In this document: positions 28,392 through 36,934 of the stretch, piece by piece
Position numbering within the stretch: position 1 is the stretch's first letter
How the letters are laid out: the number at the start of each line of letters is the position of its first letter
Origin: a virus
Lineage: Duplodnaviria > Caudoviricetes
DNA: 42,695 nucleotides
Reading direction: 5' to 3' (one strand)
IMG/VR virus record: IMGVR_UViG_3300006927_002472
Span: 1-42,695 of that record
Notes under the pieces: model-generated
What the model was told of the DNA's origin: nothing
What the model saw: only the letters and a program-made list of their open reading frames with translations
The model's database searches: none
Translations under genes and position numbers: made by a program

Positions 28392-28602
28392 TTTCATTCT
28401 CTTCAAAAACTTCAATCATTAAAACATTTGGGTCGTGAATTAAAACCATTACATTATCTTTTGTATGAAATTTAGTAAATTGGCCCTGTTCAATAGTTTC
28501 TGTATCTACTCCGTGTATTGTTTTACAATGACCCCCTATAAAATGTATTATTTGAGTAACATATCTACCTTTTTGTGCTACACTTGATTTAAGACCTGTC
28601 AT
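28381..28602 (-). CDS. Hypothetical 73-aa protein coupled to DegT
   Basis: ATGA overlap at its start, overlaps the DegT start at its end; a decayed paralog occupies the same position at 5708-5855. Confidence 0.8.
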   Translation of the reverse strand: MTGLKSSVAQKGRYVTQIIHFIGGHCKTIHGVDTETIEQGQFTKFHTKDNVMVLIHDPNVLMIEVFEENENED

Positions 28603-29627
28603 TGTAAACTCCTATAAAAATTTTTAAACTCTTCAAATAACTCATACGGTGGTGAATTATATACTTCTTCTCCACTATGATATTTATCAAATATTTTTAT
28701 ATTTTTTAAATTATCTGTTAAATCTCTTTCCCATTTATACTTCAATCTAAACCCTTCTTCTGCTGTTTGTTGAGTAAAAGTTGGTGTCTTTACAAAAAAT
28801 GGTAGTACTGCTGAACCACTTGCTCCATAAATACTACATTTAGTAGCCTTTAATAATGCTAATTGTCTATCTAACGAATCATCATCATCATCAAAATTTA
28901 TTGTCATTATATTTTCTTTATTATTTTTATACAACTCTGTATCTTCAAAACTCATAGCCCCACCCGAAGCTCCGCTCGTCGAAAGACTTATAACAACTAT
29001 ATTTGTTTCCAATTCATTTATAACTCTATCTAAAAATATTTCCCAACTTTCTGGTTTCCAATTTAGATAACATCCACCTGTATTCTCACCTCTATTTCTA
29101 TCTCTAATTCTAGCCATAAGTGCGATTGTATCTCTACCATTTGAAAAATAATTTTTTATTTCAGTTTTAATTTCATTATACATTTCTGAATCAACTTCAT
29201 AATTTATATAATCACCGTCTGGTTCTTCGTCATGAATATGTCTACCACCTACAAACATTTGGGGGTCTACATTATATAATAAAATTTCTTCAGATCCTCC
29301 ACCGACATAATGTTTTTTATACTGATACCGTGACGCTACTCTATACATAAATTCTTTTAAGTTTTCAGGTACTACTTCACCTACATCAATTACGTGTTGT
29401 CCTCCGGCCGCTGGAAATTTTAATGTCTCCTCAAGTTCTTTTGGGTATGATACATAGTCTTCTATAAAATCTTTGTACATTGCTCTTCGACCTCTATATC
29501 CAATATGTACTGCGTAATAATCTTTATACTTTTCTTTTCTTATTTTTCTTATACCTGGATTCCACCAACTTAACTCATAACTAAATTCACCACACCACGG
29601 TCCGAATATTATAACTTTATCCTTCAT
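28599..29627 (-). CDS. Putative GT-B (GT9-like) glycosyltransferase
   Basis: GEF.YEL N-terminus; NW..E.W, L..QLALL......YG.SGS resemble the GT9 C-domain. Confidence 0.45.
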   Translation of the reverse strand: MKDKVIIFGPWCGEFSYELSWWNPGIRKIRKEKYKDYYAVHIGYRGRRAMYKDFIEDYVSYPKELEETLKFPAAGGQHVIDVGEVVPENLKEFMYRVASRYQYKKHYVGGGSEEILLYNVDPQMFVGGRHIHDEEPDGDYINYEVDSEMYNEIKTEIKNYFSNGRDTIALMARIRDRNRGENTGGCYLNWKPESWEIFLDRVINELETNIVVISLSTSGASGGAMSFEDTELYKNNKENIMTINFDDDDDSLDRQLALLKATKCSIYGASGSAVLPFFVKTPTFTQQTAEEGFRLKYKWERDLTDNLKNIKIFDKYHSGEEVYNSPPYELFEEFKNFYRSLQ

Positions 29628-30357
29628 TAATATTCTCTGGTGTTAATTTATATTTCTTAAATATATCTAATAATAATTCATCAACTAATTTAATATTTAA
29701 ATCATTTTTTCCATCTACAAAAACATCCCAAGAATTTTGAACGTGTGGTTGAAATCCTAATGAACATACAGGTTTATCAGCAGCTTCATATCTTTGTTCC
29801 ATATGTGTTAATCCAACATTATATTTGTTATTAAGTGTTGTCAATAAAGTTGTTATAGCACTATTATTTCTTAAAATTGATATATAATTTTCATCACTAT
29901 AAAAATCAGATTCTTTATTAAGTTCCATAAAATCAACTACATAATTAACAACTTGCGTAGATGTTTGTTTTAAAAACATTGAACAAGTATTCCATTCAGG
30001 TGTATAAACATATGTACATCCTCCAATCTCACCATCAAACTCAGGAAACGTTACTTTATTTACTTGCCAAGAATCTTGATCGTGAAACCAAAAATCATCT
30101 TCTAAATAACCACCTTCCATTAATTCTAATATACCATACCATTTATTATTAAATATATTTGTTGTACATACATTTTTAAGTTCTATATTCTTTACACCTT
30201 CGTGTTCGAAATCAAAATTAGTACCTATAATTATATCTTCTTTATTCCAACCAAGTCTTAAACTATTATCAACTTGAGCTCTAAAGTAATTAAATAAAAG
30301 TTTATTATCATACCTCTTTTTATCTTCAACTATATTATATATTAAAACATTTTTCAT
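29617..30357 (-). CDS. Putative nucleotide-diphospho-sugar transferase
   Basis: NK...I..L, FWFHDQD (DxD), WNTCSMF, DE motifs in GT-A order. Confidence 0.5.
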   Translation of the reverse strand: MKNVLIYNIVEDKKRYDNKLLFNYFRAQVDNSLRLGWNKEDIIIGTNFDFEHEGVKNIELKNVCTTNIFNNKWYGILELMEGGYLEDDFWFHDQDSWQVNKVTFPEFDGEIGGCTYVYTPEWNTCSMFLKQTSTQVVNYVVDFMELNKESDFYSDENYISILRNNSAITTLLTTLNNKYNVGLTHMEQRYEAADKPVCSLGFQPHVQNSWDVFVDGKNDLNIKLVDELLLDIFKKYKLTPENINEG

Positions 30358-30980
30358 ATGCTACTGTATAACTCATTTTGTTTAACTTGTTTTTCTATTG
30401 TTTTGGGATGATATAAAGATAATTCTTCTACTGGTGGTAAATGAGCTAATGTTTTATGACCTGTAATAACTTCATGTACAGGTTTTATCCATTTAATTTC
30501 TGATATGTTTTTGAAAACACGAGCCTGATAATCAGGATAGTTTACCCAACCTTTATCTGAAACTCTCCAACCCCACTTACTAGCCCATTCTTCTGTAAGA
30601 CCTTCTACTGTATTTACTCTTGGTACCCAAATTAAATCTACCTCATTAGTTTCAATTACACTTGGTAACTGTTCCATTAATATTTCATGTGGGTATTCAT
30701 CAGCGTCAAGGTGAAATATATAATCACCATTACACATTGATTTAGTATAATTTTTTAATTTAGAAAAATCTTTATCGAATGATGGTTGAGGTGTATGCCA
30801 ACTAAAATTATTATTTGTTGATTGGCTTCTAAGATATTTTTCTACGTCTTGAGTACCATTCTTGTGATCAAAAGTTACTACTATTTCATCTTCACTTCTT
30901 TTATATTTTAATAGAAATGTAAGTAACCTTTGTATTTCTTCTAACTCACTACATACTGTTATTGCGTAGGATATCTTCAC
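30354..30980 (-). CDS. Glycosyltransferase family 2
   Basis: ISYAITV..E, DEIVV, DFS..KN, GDYIFHLDADE, YPDYQARVF, VHEVI. Confidence 0.88.
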   Translation of the reverse strand: MKISYAITVCSELEEIQRLLTFLLKYKRSEDEIVVTFDHKNGTQDVEKYLRSQSTNNNFSWHTPQPSFDKDFSKLKNYTKSMCNGDYIFHLDADEYPHEILMEQLPSVIETNEVDLIWVPRVNTVEGLTEEWASKWGWRVSDKGWVNYPDYQARVFKNISEIKWIKPVHEVITGHKTLAHLPPVEELSLYHPKTIEKQVKQNELYSSI

Positions 30981-31431
30981 TTAAAACCTCTTTAAATTCT
31001 TTTGGTAAAACGATTGGCTCTAAAAATACTTGTGATTTTCTAGCCTCTTTATAATCATAAGTTCTATATACTGAATATCTTCCAATACGTTGTTTTAATT
31101 TATTATAAGTTGCTTTTCTAACTCCTCGTGGTCCAACTCCTGGTATTTCAACTCTATAAATACCATCTTCACTTATAATTTGAACAGTGCCAATTCTTTC
31201 TAAAAGTTCAACAAGTTTTGGTTTATTTCTAATTGTAGGTATATTACCTCTACTTTCTAATTTTAATCCTATTAAATGAAAAGTTTTGGTTTTATCTTTT
31301 CTTATATATGGCATTCTCGGATTCAACACAAGAACTGTATTTAAATATCCTACAGTACCTTTTCCTTTATATCTAAAAGATACTATATCTCCTGCTCTCA
31401 CTTTACTCCAAGTATATATTTGTTTAGGCAT
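30949..31431 (-). CDS. Hypothetical basic protein
   Basis: 160-aa ORF overlapping both neighbours; K/R-rich; no family recognised. Confidence 0.7.
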   Translation of the reverse strand: MPKQIYTWSKVRAGDIVSFRYKGKGTVGYLNTVLVLNPRMPYIRKDKTKTFHLIGLKLESRGNIPTIRNKPKLVELLERIGTVQIISEDGIYRVEIPGVGPRGVRKATYNKLKQRIGRYSVYRTYDYKEARKSQVFLEPIVLPKEFKEVLSEDILRNNSM

Positions 31432-31873
31432 TCTGTTTTAAATCTCTTGTTATTCCCATTTCTTTACACGCTTCTAAAAACTCATATTGACCATACTCTT
31501 TCGCATTTTCAACTTCAAGTCTCTTATCATAATTATCATATTTATGTTGTTCTTCTTTAGGAATATCAACAACTTTTGCATATTTCCAAACATATTCCTC
31601 AGGTGTTCCTTCTGGAAATATCATTCCTAATTCACCCATATTAATTACTGATGGAAACCACACTATATTTCTATGTTTATCTTCAAATTTTAACTTCTGA
31701 ACTAATCTTGGTGATTTTTTTAAATTTTCTACTAATTGTAAACTACTAATCTCATATCTTGAATCACTCATAAACCCACAATGAAAACATAAATATGAAC
31801 TATAATTTTCTTGTATATCTTCAAAACAATTATCAGTATCGTAACATACTGGACAATCTATAACTCTTTCCAT
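31424..31873 (-). CDS. Hypothetical protein with CxxC...CxxC zinc ribbon
   Basis: CPVC and CFHC pairs near N-terminus. Confidence 0.75.
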   Translation of the reverse strand: MERVIDCPVCYDTDNCFEDIQENYSSYLCFHCGFMSDSRYEISSLQLVENLKKSPRLVQKLKFEDKHRNIVWFPSVINMGELGMIFPEGTPEEYVWKYAKVVDIPKEEQHKYDNYDKRLEVENAKEYGQYEFLEACKEMGITRDLKQNA

Positions 31874-31875
31874 TT

Positions 31876-32088
31876 TTAAAATCCGTATTTATTTGATAGA
31901 TAATTGAGGCAAACAGCACCACCTATTAAAAGTCCGTAAAATATTATCATAAACATAATACCTATTACCACTTCCCACCAATCAACGTTTTCATTTTTAT
32001 TTATATCTGGTGTTGGAAATACTACTTCATACCAATCTAATTTTTTATTTCTATTTCTATCTAAAAGTTTTAACAATCTTTTATACAT
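31876..32088 (-). CDS. Small membrane protein with two EF-hand-like loops
   Basis: DRNRNKKLDWYE and DINKNENVDWWE followed by hydrophobic VVIGIMFMIIFYGLLIGGAVCL; fills the gap between neighbours. Confidence 0.65.
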   Translation of the reverse strand: MYKRLLKLLDRNRNKKLDWYEVVFPTPDINKNENVDWWEVVIGIMFMIIFYGLLIGGAVCLNYLSNKYGF

Positions 32089-32091
32089 AAT

Positions 32092-33420
32092 TTAAACCTT
32101 CTTTAATTTTGGTAATTTTATTTTAGGTTGTTGAGTTGAACCTACTTTCTTTAATTTTGGTAACTTGAGTTCAACTTCTTCTGGAAACTCTGGAACGTAT
32201 TTATCTAACATTTTTCCAAGTTCTTTTGTCATTGCTTGTAATGAAAATTTAGATTTATTTATCTTTGAAAGTTTATTTGCATTAAGAGTATACTTTTTAT
32301 AATTATCATATACATTTTTCATTACAACTGATGCCTCTGGATAATTTACAGTAAACCATTGTGAACTTTCTGCATACATATCATCAGGAAATGCTCTCTT
32401 CGGTACTTCATCTAAACCACCTCCAAGTAAAATAGCATTATCTTTAGATAAAAAATCTAAATGTCCACTCCAATTTGAAGCAATAACTGGTTTTCCACTT
32501 ATACTAGCTTCAAGTAAAGGTCTACCATATCCTTCTCCGTGAGTTAACGTTACGTGTGCTTTAACTTTTGGATGGTTATATAACCCATTCATTTCATCAT
32601 CTGTTAAATCACCGTGCAATAAATAAACATTTGGTAAATCACCTTTTATTGTTTCTTTTATATCAGTTATTTTCTTTAATATATCTTCTCTATCAAGTAC
32701 TGAAACTGTTGCACCACTTGTTTTCATAATAAGTCCAGGTTTCTTTTTCTTATTTTTAAATGTTTCAAGAAAAACTTTCAGTAACATACCTGTATCTTTT
32801 CTATCTTCCCCTAAACCACCCTGCAACCAATGTCCTACATATAGAAAATTAAAAGGTTCTTCTACTTGTTTTAATTCAGTAACTAAATCTTGTGTAAATT
32901 CTTTAGTTTTTTTAAAAATAGTAGTATCTACACCTTCAAATAAAACTTCAATTGGTTTTTCAACTTTTAAATGTCCTTTTGCCTCTTTAGTTTTATCATC
33001 TGCTATATCAAAACCAATGCTGGTCATTACTTCTTTCACAAAATTTGAAGGTACTATATTCATATCCATTCTATTCATACCTTCAATCCATTGGGGTGGA
33101 CATACTGTTTTTTCTAATCCAGCTGTAACACCAATATTATATTTTCCCATTTGTTGAAACTCATTTGGTATTACTATATGAAAATGTAACTCTGGTTGTT
33201 TTGATAAAGTAGGTTCTTGTAACATTCTATCAATAATAATTTTATCATTAGGATCATCTTCATGCAAAGCGTTCATAGAACAACTTCCCCAACGGACTGG
33301 CCAGATTTTTACATCATATCTATCTAACTCTATTAATGCTCTACATATATCTCTACTGTGTGCACCATATCCACTTCTTGTAGCAACTGGTGCTGTTACT
33401 AAACATACTGGTTTACTCAT
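32092..33420 (-). CDS. Glycosyltransferase family 4 (GT-B)
   Basis: SGYG..SR, VPS.F, GVD...F, FLYVG.W, RK, GEGYGRPLLEA..SGKPVIASNWSGH. Confidence 0.9.
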   Translation of the reverse strand: MSKPVCLVTAPVATRSGYGAHSRDICRALIELDRYDVKIWPVRWGSCSMNALHEDDPNDKIIIDRMLQEPTLSKQPELHFHIVIPNEFQQMGKYNIGVTAGLEKTVCPPQWIEGMNRMDMNIVPSNFVKEVMTSIGFDIADDKTKEAKGHLKVEKPIEVLFEGVDTTIFKKTKEFTQDLVTELKQVEEPFNFLYVGHWLQGGLGEDRKDTGMLLKVFLETFKNKKKKPGLIMKTSGATVSVLDREDILKKITDIKETIKGDLPNVYLLHGDLTDDEMNGLYNHPKVKAHVTLTHGEGYGRPLLEASISGKPVIASNWSGHLDFLSKDNAILLGGGLDEVPKRAFPDDMYAESSQWFTVNYPEASVVMKNVYDNYKKYTLNANKLSKINKSKFSLQAMTKELGKMLDKYVPEFPEEVELKLPKLKKVGSTQQPKIKLPKLKKV

Positions 33421-33428
33421 TATAACTC

Positions 33429-34850
33429 CTACGCCTTAAACATACTATAACGTTTTCTTGGTTTCCACATTTCAAATCCTTTATCCATGTGGGCAATAAA
33501 ATTTTGACACATAGCTTCACTTGTCATCATTGCATCATCACTATTAACAAATTCATGTCCCTTCACACCGCATTCTCGACGTTTATCTGAACCCATATCG
33601 TACCACTCTTTAATAAGAACTGCCACATCATCAAATCTACATCTATCATCGAAAATATAAGGTGTTGGTATTGAACCCACTAAAGCTCTATTAGAAGGCC
33701 ATACTGGTTTTACCCATTCACCCCAAGTTAAATCTTTATTGTCTTTCCACTTCCTATCGTCATGTAATGATTTTATTTCTAAATAATCTTTTTCAGTTAA
33801 ATATTTTCCTAATGTATGACCTGAACCATCTGGAGCCCAATTTACTAATTTAAATCCACACTGGTCTTGTAATCCACCTGTAACATTTACAATAATAGGT
33901 GTTCCAGCCATTAAAGACTCACAAGTACCTAAACCAAATCCTTCATTAGAAGCTATGTTAATAGTTACATCAGCCATATTATATAAATGATTCAATTGAT
34001 GAGGTTCTAACTTTTTATCACTAAAATAAACTTTTAAATCTGGACACATTGCTTTAGCTACTGCCGGTAAATCTGTACCATTTTCATCTCGTGGTTGAGT
34101 ATGCATTAACAAAGCACATTTTTTAGCTTCTTCTTTCGATAACATATCACAAAATACTTTAAACGCTAAAATAATATCTCCTGGCATTTTTCTTCTAATA
34201 TTTCTATTATTATAAAAAAGAATAAATTCAACATTGTCATCTGTAAGTTGTTGTCTCATACTTTCAACTCTTTTATATTCGTCATCAAAAACACTTATAG
34301 GATAAAAGTATTTAGTACTTACACCATGTGGTAAATAAGTAGTTTGCCAATCTTCGGGTGGATGTTTAGTCCAAACATCTTTTACAATAGCATAAGTCTG
34401 TTTAGAAATATTCATAATTACATCACATGACTCATAAAACCATTGATTATACTGTGGTGCTGGCCAATCATCCCATATATTATAATAAAAAATCGGTATT
34501 TCTTGTCGAATTTCATGTTCCATTTCATATAACCAACCCCAAAATCTTGGGTCTGTATAATGTAAAATAGCATCAGGTTTTTCTCGTTGTACAACACTTC
34601 TAAGTAATTCAGAATTACCATAGCCATTAATAGGATATATCGTTAAACTGGCATCTTCTATACCCGTTTCATTACGACAAGATTCATTCATATCAACAAC
34701 CTTACCCTCTTCTGGGTGTTTTATAGCTCCGCCAATCTGAACCCAATCATAATGTTGTAGTGTACCTAATACAAACTCTTTTGACATTGTACCAATGCCA
34801 GAACTCATTCTTAAATCATCTGATAATAATAAAATTTTCTTTTTAGACAT
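33429..34850 (-). CDS. Glycosyltransferase family 4 (GT-B)
   Basis: KILLLSD, PHGV...F.P, NRNIRRK, LYN.ADV, NEGFGL...ESLMAGTPII...TGGL. Confidence 0.9.
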   Translation of the reverse strand: MSKKKILLLSDDLRMSSGIGTMSKEFVLGTLQHYDWVQIGGAIKHPEEGKVVDMNESCRNETGIEDASLTIYPINGYGNSELLRSVVQREKPDAILHYTDPRFWGWLYEMEHEIRQEIPIFYYNIWDDWPAPQYNQWFYESCDVIMNISKQTYAIVKDVWTKHPPEDWQTTYLPHGVSTKYFYPISVFDDEYKRVESMRQQLTDDNVEFILFYNNRNIRRKMPGDIILAFKVFCDMLSKEEAKKCALLMHTQPRDENGTDLPAVAKAMCPDLKVYFSDKKLEPHQLNHLYNMADVTINIASNEGFGLGTCESLMAGTPIIVNVTGGLQDQCGFKLVNWAPDGSGHTLGKYLTEKDYLEIKSLHDDRKWKDNKDLTWGEWVKPVWPSNRALVGSIPTPYIFDDRCRFDDVAVLIKEWYDMGSDKRRECGVKGHEFVNSDDAMMTSEAMCQNFIAHMDKGFEMWKPRKRYSMFKA

Positions 34851-34867
34851 ATAACCTCACTTATGTT

Positions 34868-35020
34868 TTAATCATTCAACAACTGTTTTTTGACTTCTTC
34901 TTTTTTAATACTTTTTTCTATGACATTCAAGCGTTCTTCCATTCTAATCATTATTCTATGTATATCATGTAATAGTCTCTCAACATTTTTATTATTTGTC
35001 ATACTTCCAGTATTCTTCAT
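34868..35020 (-). CDS. Hypothetical 50-aa coiled-coil-like protein
   Basis: Not in ORF track; MKNTGSMTNNKNVERLLHDIHRIMIRMEERLNVIEKSIKKEEVKKQLLND; ATGA overlap with upstream stop and GGAG upstream. Confidence 0.7.
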   Translation of the reverse strand: MKNTGSMTNNKNVERLLHDIHRIMIRMEERLNVIEKSIKKEEVKKQLLND

Positions 35021-35208
35021 AATCTACTCCCACTAACTTTCAAATTATTCCAATTTTTAATTTGACCTTTGAAATTCTTATCTAATAAATATAAATCCAT
35101 TGAACGATTTACTAATTTTTGTAAAGTAAACTCATCATCCAATGTATTCATTTTGAAATTTCTGTATAACTCTTTCAGTATTTTAACTGAAGTTAATTTG
35201 TAATCCAT
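35017..35208 (-). CDS. Small protein, possible ribbon-helix-helix DNA-binding fold
   Basis: 63 aa, GAGG upstream; strand KLTSVKI followed by two amphipathic helices (KELYRNFK, LQKLVNRSMDLYL). Fold is inferred. Confidence 0.55.
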   Translation of the reverse strand: MDYKLTSVKILKELYRNFKMNTLDDEFTLQKLVNRSMDLYLLDKNFKGQIKNWNNLKVSGSRL

Positions 35209-35225
35209 ATTTCTAAAACCTCTAT

Positions 35226-35242
35226 AATATATATGTATATAT
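35226..35242. promoter_or_regulatory. 17-nt pseudo-palindromic motif AATATATATGTATATAT, copy 1
   Basis: Intergenic, just upstream of the RBS of 35017-35208; exact reverse complement at 39950-39966. Confidence 0.5.
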
Positions 35243-35251
35243 AAATATATG

Positions 35252-35665
35252 TTAATTAATTATTTTAATCATTTTTTTCAACCGTTCAGCGTGACTAATT
35301 GTATTCATTGTTCCTTTTGATTCTACTCCGTCTGGTATAAAGGCTACAATTATATCACTATACTCAGCTATCTGTTTATTTCTTTTAAAATAGTTTGTAA
35401 CATAATAAGGTTTATTATATTTTGTAGCTGGTAGTTTACAATGCATATTCCAACTATAATGAGCCGGTGGAAATTCTATATATTCCATATCAAATTCTAA
35501 TGTAAATTTCTTTGCATAACCGTCAGCACCATCTTTTTGTCCACCACTTACTATTTCTACTTCATCACCATATTTTTCTTTTATTTCATGTAATAAATCT
35601 TTTATCTTTTTCTTATTAGTATAGCTTCTACTACCTACAATACCAATTTTAATCTTCGTAGTCAT
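35252..35665 (-). CDS. SLOG superfamily protein (YspA/DprA-related, DUF2493-like)
   Basis: IGIVGSR, IVSGG..GAD, RN..I...SD..VAF, SKGT..TI; start moved to ATG 35665. Confidence 0.85.
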   Translation of the reverse strand: MTTKIKIGIVGSRSYTNKKKIKDLLHEIKEKYGDEVEIVSGGQKDGADGYAKKFTLEFDMEYIEFPPAHYSWNMHCKLPATKYNKPYYVTNYFKRNKQIAEYSDIIVAFIPDGVESKGTMNTISHAERLKKMIKIIN

Positions 35666-36071
35666 TTCTTTTTTGTTTTTTAAATGGTTTATCTGTTGTA
35701 ATAAATTTCGTATATTCATAAAACTTTTTCAAGCCTTCTATTATATTTTCTTCATTTACATAATTGTAAGTAAATCTTTGCCATTCATTACTTGGTGCGT
35801 CAACTGGAAGTATATCCCAAAATATAAATTCATAAGGTCGAATGTTGTGACCTTGTTTTATAATTGTTTTAAACTGTAACTTATCTTCCCACCTCACTAA
35901 AAAATCTTTTAAATCTTTACTTTTTATTTCACCTTCTTCATACCACAAATATAACAATATAGGGGTGTTCAACCCAGCATGAGCTTGATTAATTTTTTCC
36001 ATAACTTGATTTTCTATATCTGTATTTATAAAATCAGAAAGCTTCAGTCGTAGACTACATTTAGATAACAT
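35649..36071 (-). CDS. Hypothetical protein
   Basis: Start at 36071 by TAATG overlap with the nuclease stop; no family recognised. Confidence 0.7.
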   Translation of the reverse strand: MLSKCSLRLKLSDFINTDIENQVMEKINQAHAGLNTPILLYLWYEEGEIKSKDLKDFLVRWEDKLQFKTIIKQGHNIRPYEFIFWDILPVDAPSNEWQRFTYNYVNEENIIEGLKKFYEYTKFITTDKPFKKQKRNDYED

Positions 36072-36934
36072 TATAAAACTCCTGCGTCGCAATGTTCAGT
36101 TTGATTAAATACACAAAACCTACAATTCTTTTTAGATGGTTGTTTCATATAAGTATGTTGAGTATTATATTCTCCACCAATAAAAGATTCCTTAATAAAT
36201 TGATTTAAATTATTAAGTACTTTATTAATACTTGGTTTACCACTTGCTGGTGTAAATGTTTGAACTCTACGTTGTGGAAAATCTACTTTTTCATATAATT
36301 TCCTCTTAACAATAAAATACTCTATATCAACTTTGTCTATCGGAATATCATTCTGTGCGCTATAAAATTGTTTATATAATAACAACTGATCGGTTTTATT
36401 TTTATCAGCCTTCTGATATTTGTTCCACCCCATTGTAGAAGTTTTAATATCTATAATTTTATACCTATCTCTTTTTACATCATGTAAAACTACATCCATA
36501 TAACCAATAAAAGTAATATTATTAGGTAACTTATATTCTATTGGAACTTCTATACCGATTAACTCATAACCCTTTTTACTAAAATACATACCTCGTTTCT
36601 TTTTAAACCAGTCTAATATAATTAATCCATGTCTATAAAATTCTTCCATATCATGTTGTCCACAAAAAACTTCACCACCATTAGTTTTCATAATTTTAAC
36701 ATAATTTTCTTTCATTCTATGTAATAACATTTCATCTAAAAATAACGCATCAGCCATTTTAATTGTATCATTATACATTACTGTAAGATATGTTTGAAGA
36801 ACTTCATGCATTGAAGTTCCAAATAATGTATGAATGCTATCAGTATATTCGCCTAAATCGTCAATATAATTTAATTTCCATTTATGTGGACAAGTAATCC
36901 ATTGATTATATTGACTATAACTTATTCGTTTCAT
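36071..36934 (-). CDS. PD-(D/E)XK nuclease, RecB/Cas4-like with 4-Cys cluster motif
   Basis: ISYSQ....CP, FGTSMHEVL, E, GYMD, IIDIKT, QL..Y, C-terminal CRFC.......C. Confidence 0.88.
   Translation of the reverse strand: MKRISYSQYNQWITCPHKWKLNYIDDLGEYTDSIHTLFGTSMHEVLQTYLTVMYNDTIKMADALFLDEMLLHRMKENYVKIMKTNGGEVFCGQHDMEEFYRHGLIILDWFKKKRGMYFSKKGYELIGIEVPIEYKLPNNITFIGYMDVVLHDVKRDRYKIIDIKTSTMGWNKYQKADKNKTDQLLLYKQFYSAQNDIPIDKVDIEYFIVKRKLYEKVDFPQRRVQTFTPASGKPSINKVLNNLNQFIKESFIGGEYNTQHTYMKQPSKKNCRFCVFNQTEHCDAGVL

Noticed and set aside
5396-28422. Similar plus-strand ORFs at 5396-5659 and 28069-28422 suggesting a conserved antisense gene
   Set aside because: Similarity is fully explained by the duplicated DegT genes on the opposite strand.
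34418-34627. 69-aa minus-strand ORF in an alternative frame
   Set aside because: Nested inside the GT4 gene with no motif or evident RBS.
1-34850. Ordinary bacterial O-antigen or capsule locus
   Set aside because: No wzx, wzy, wzz, ABC transporter or initiating transferase in view, and it is contiguous with a phage-type replication module; not fully excluded because the island runs off the window.
36071-36934. CRISPR-Cas system suggested by the Cas4-like nuclease
   Set aside because: No repeat-spacer array or other cas genes seen; solo PD-(D/E)XK nucleases are common in phage replication regions.
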